Part shown: in pieces, positions 62,336-64,000 of the stretch
Layout: each line of letters opens with the position of its first letter
How positions within the stretch are numbered: position 1 is the first letter of the stretch
Source of the DNA: Atractiella rhizophila
Lineage: Eukaryota
NCBI GenBank assembly: GCA_021432655.1
Contig: MU271372.1
Location: 1 to 64,000 of the forward strand
Direction: 5' to 3'
Length of the DNA stretch: 64,000 nt
The notes under the pieces: model-generated
The model's database searches: none
Seen by the model: the letters and a program-made list of their open reading frames with translations, nothing else
Told to the model about the DNA's origin: nothing
Made by a program: the position numbers and the translations under genes

Positions 62336-64000
62336 CGTCTCCCTATTTTTGCTTCCAGTCGTACAGTTGTGGAAGGTGCGATTTACGTTTCCACCACTTA
62401 CGACGCGTTACTCTGCGGATGGAGTCGCTAACATGCCATTCTTATACCACGGAGGGGTAGTTAGGGAACCCATAACAAGGACAGGCAGCGAAGAGGACAA
62501 GGGAACAATGATTTGTATTCCGCAGGCAACAAGGTCCGACTTGAAAGTTCAAGGAACGTTTTACTCTGGTTAACAAATAGATGTCCTTTTAAAACTCGTG
62601 TTGTTTGTGGTTTGGTTCCTGAGATCTTCACCTCGAAAGGGGACAAAAATACATAGACAGAAATGTAGCAGAATTGATTGTGCTGTCGACTCATCGTCGT
62701 TGAACCGCCAAACAGAGGTTGAACATGAACACCTGTGAGGACGATTAGGCTCATCATTTGTAAGGATCGCATCGCTGTGAGCGGATCTCTCTCACTGGAT
62801 CCCGTCAGCGTATATTAATTGGCACTGCTTAGCAAATAGAACCCTTTCCTCCCACCGTACATAACGCGTGAGAGGTTCTTCGATAAGCGTTTGATCACGA
62901 TATTTGGGCTACCTTTCATATCCTTCCACATTTGAGATGTCAACATCTTTCGCCAACATTACTGTAATTTGCAACATAGGCACTCACCACCACCATACCC
63001 GGCGCTTTCTCACCCTAAAAGCACCCCCTAATGTCATTGGCTTGATCACTACGAATATTTTGTCATTACTGCCTCCTCCTACTGTCAGCAATAAATATAT
63101 AGTCCTTGGAGAATAATCGTTAGAGAGGTATTACTCGTGGAAAGATGACTAGAGCAGAACTAGAGTATTTGCCAACAATGGTACAAGGCTGGGATGGGAA
63201 AGAGAAGAGAGACGCAGCGCCTGACACAATGCAAAGAGGATCCGCTGAAAGCACTATGTCCCTCTCCATTTTGAATGATAATAAGGAAGCAGGCAAGGAA
63301 CTCAGCAAAGAAATAAATTGGCTGTTTGTTTTTTCAGTCTTCACGCATGTAACTTAGTCTCATTTTACTCTGTCCCTGGGCTCTTCATGGAATGCACATG
63401 CTCGGAAGCTCTCGTCTCTGTTATGAAATGCCTCATCAGCTAGGATGTTTTCCTGCCCAAACTTTCTGCCTTTGGTTCCCCGACGCATACCACAATCCAT
63501 TCGCAATAAGATATACTCTACTGGTCAGTGGGGTTAGAGGAGCAATAGGGCCAACGTATTTTGTGACCTATCAGCCAACTGACCTCTTTCGCCCAGTTTC
63601 GAGGGTTTTGATCTTATCCCAGTCGTGACGGTTAAATAAGAGCGTTCTGTGGCAGATGGAGGATATTGACTGAGGTTCAATCCGTCCACTGCTCCGCCGG
63701 AACGGTTGCATCAGCACTCTTATAATGTGTTGATTCCAAGGACGCTTCCAGGTGTGATGGATGTGCAATGATATGCGGTTCACGACAGCACATCTCATTG
63801 TCGACACATCATATGTATTTAGACGTCAAGTCATTCCTTCAGTGAGCCTAACTCCAGGCATGCGCGCAAGACGCAGCTCATCTTCATCCCATTGGCGGAA
63901 AAAGAGGGCTATGTTGATATATTTGTTCCGTTCCAATAAATGTTTGGCCAACGTCGTGAAACCAACCACTCCCACTGAGCAGTAGTGGATGGTCAAGTTG

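Noticed and set aside
62400..64000. Short ORFs at the window end
   Set aside because: No recognisable domains or supported exon structure.

Overview
Eukaryotic, intron-rich fungal DNA; the short ~45-60 nt GT-AG introns and the gene set look basidiomycete-like (inference). Host genes: listerin/LTN1 E3 ligase, an OSTalpha/TMEM184 membrane protein, a DUF6534-like membrane protein, thiamine pyrophosphokinase, a WetA/ESC1-motif protein, an F-box protein, an RSC1/2-like bromo+BAH protein, an MDR oxidoreductase, a Xi-class GST (ECM4-like), two intron-containing tRNAs (Arg-TCG, Tyr-GTA) and a 63-aa microprotein missed by the ORF track. A transposon island (~20.9-39.5 kb) ends about 100 bp downstream of tRNA-Arg. 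It holds a decayed Ty1/copia element, a CpG-depleted zone, two copies of a TET/JBP-like 2OG-Fe(II) dioxygenase (one nearly intact, one CpG-mutated relic) and a 6.7-kb DDE DNA transposon with GGCAA...TTGCC ends, a CTCT direct repeat and a paralogous empty site nearby. This TET/JBP plus non-KDZ-looking transposase at a tRNA flank is the best candidate for an undescribed system. Also present: a tandem non-autonomous Helitron-like element carrying Pol III A/B boxes, a diverged ~4-kb segmental duplication (3.8-8.0 kb vs 51.4-55.7 kb), a truncated APH-like kinase and a degenerate NADAR-like domain. All family calls come from motif recognition by eye; no database searches were run.
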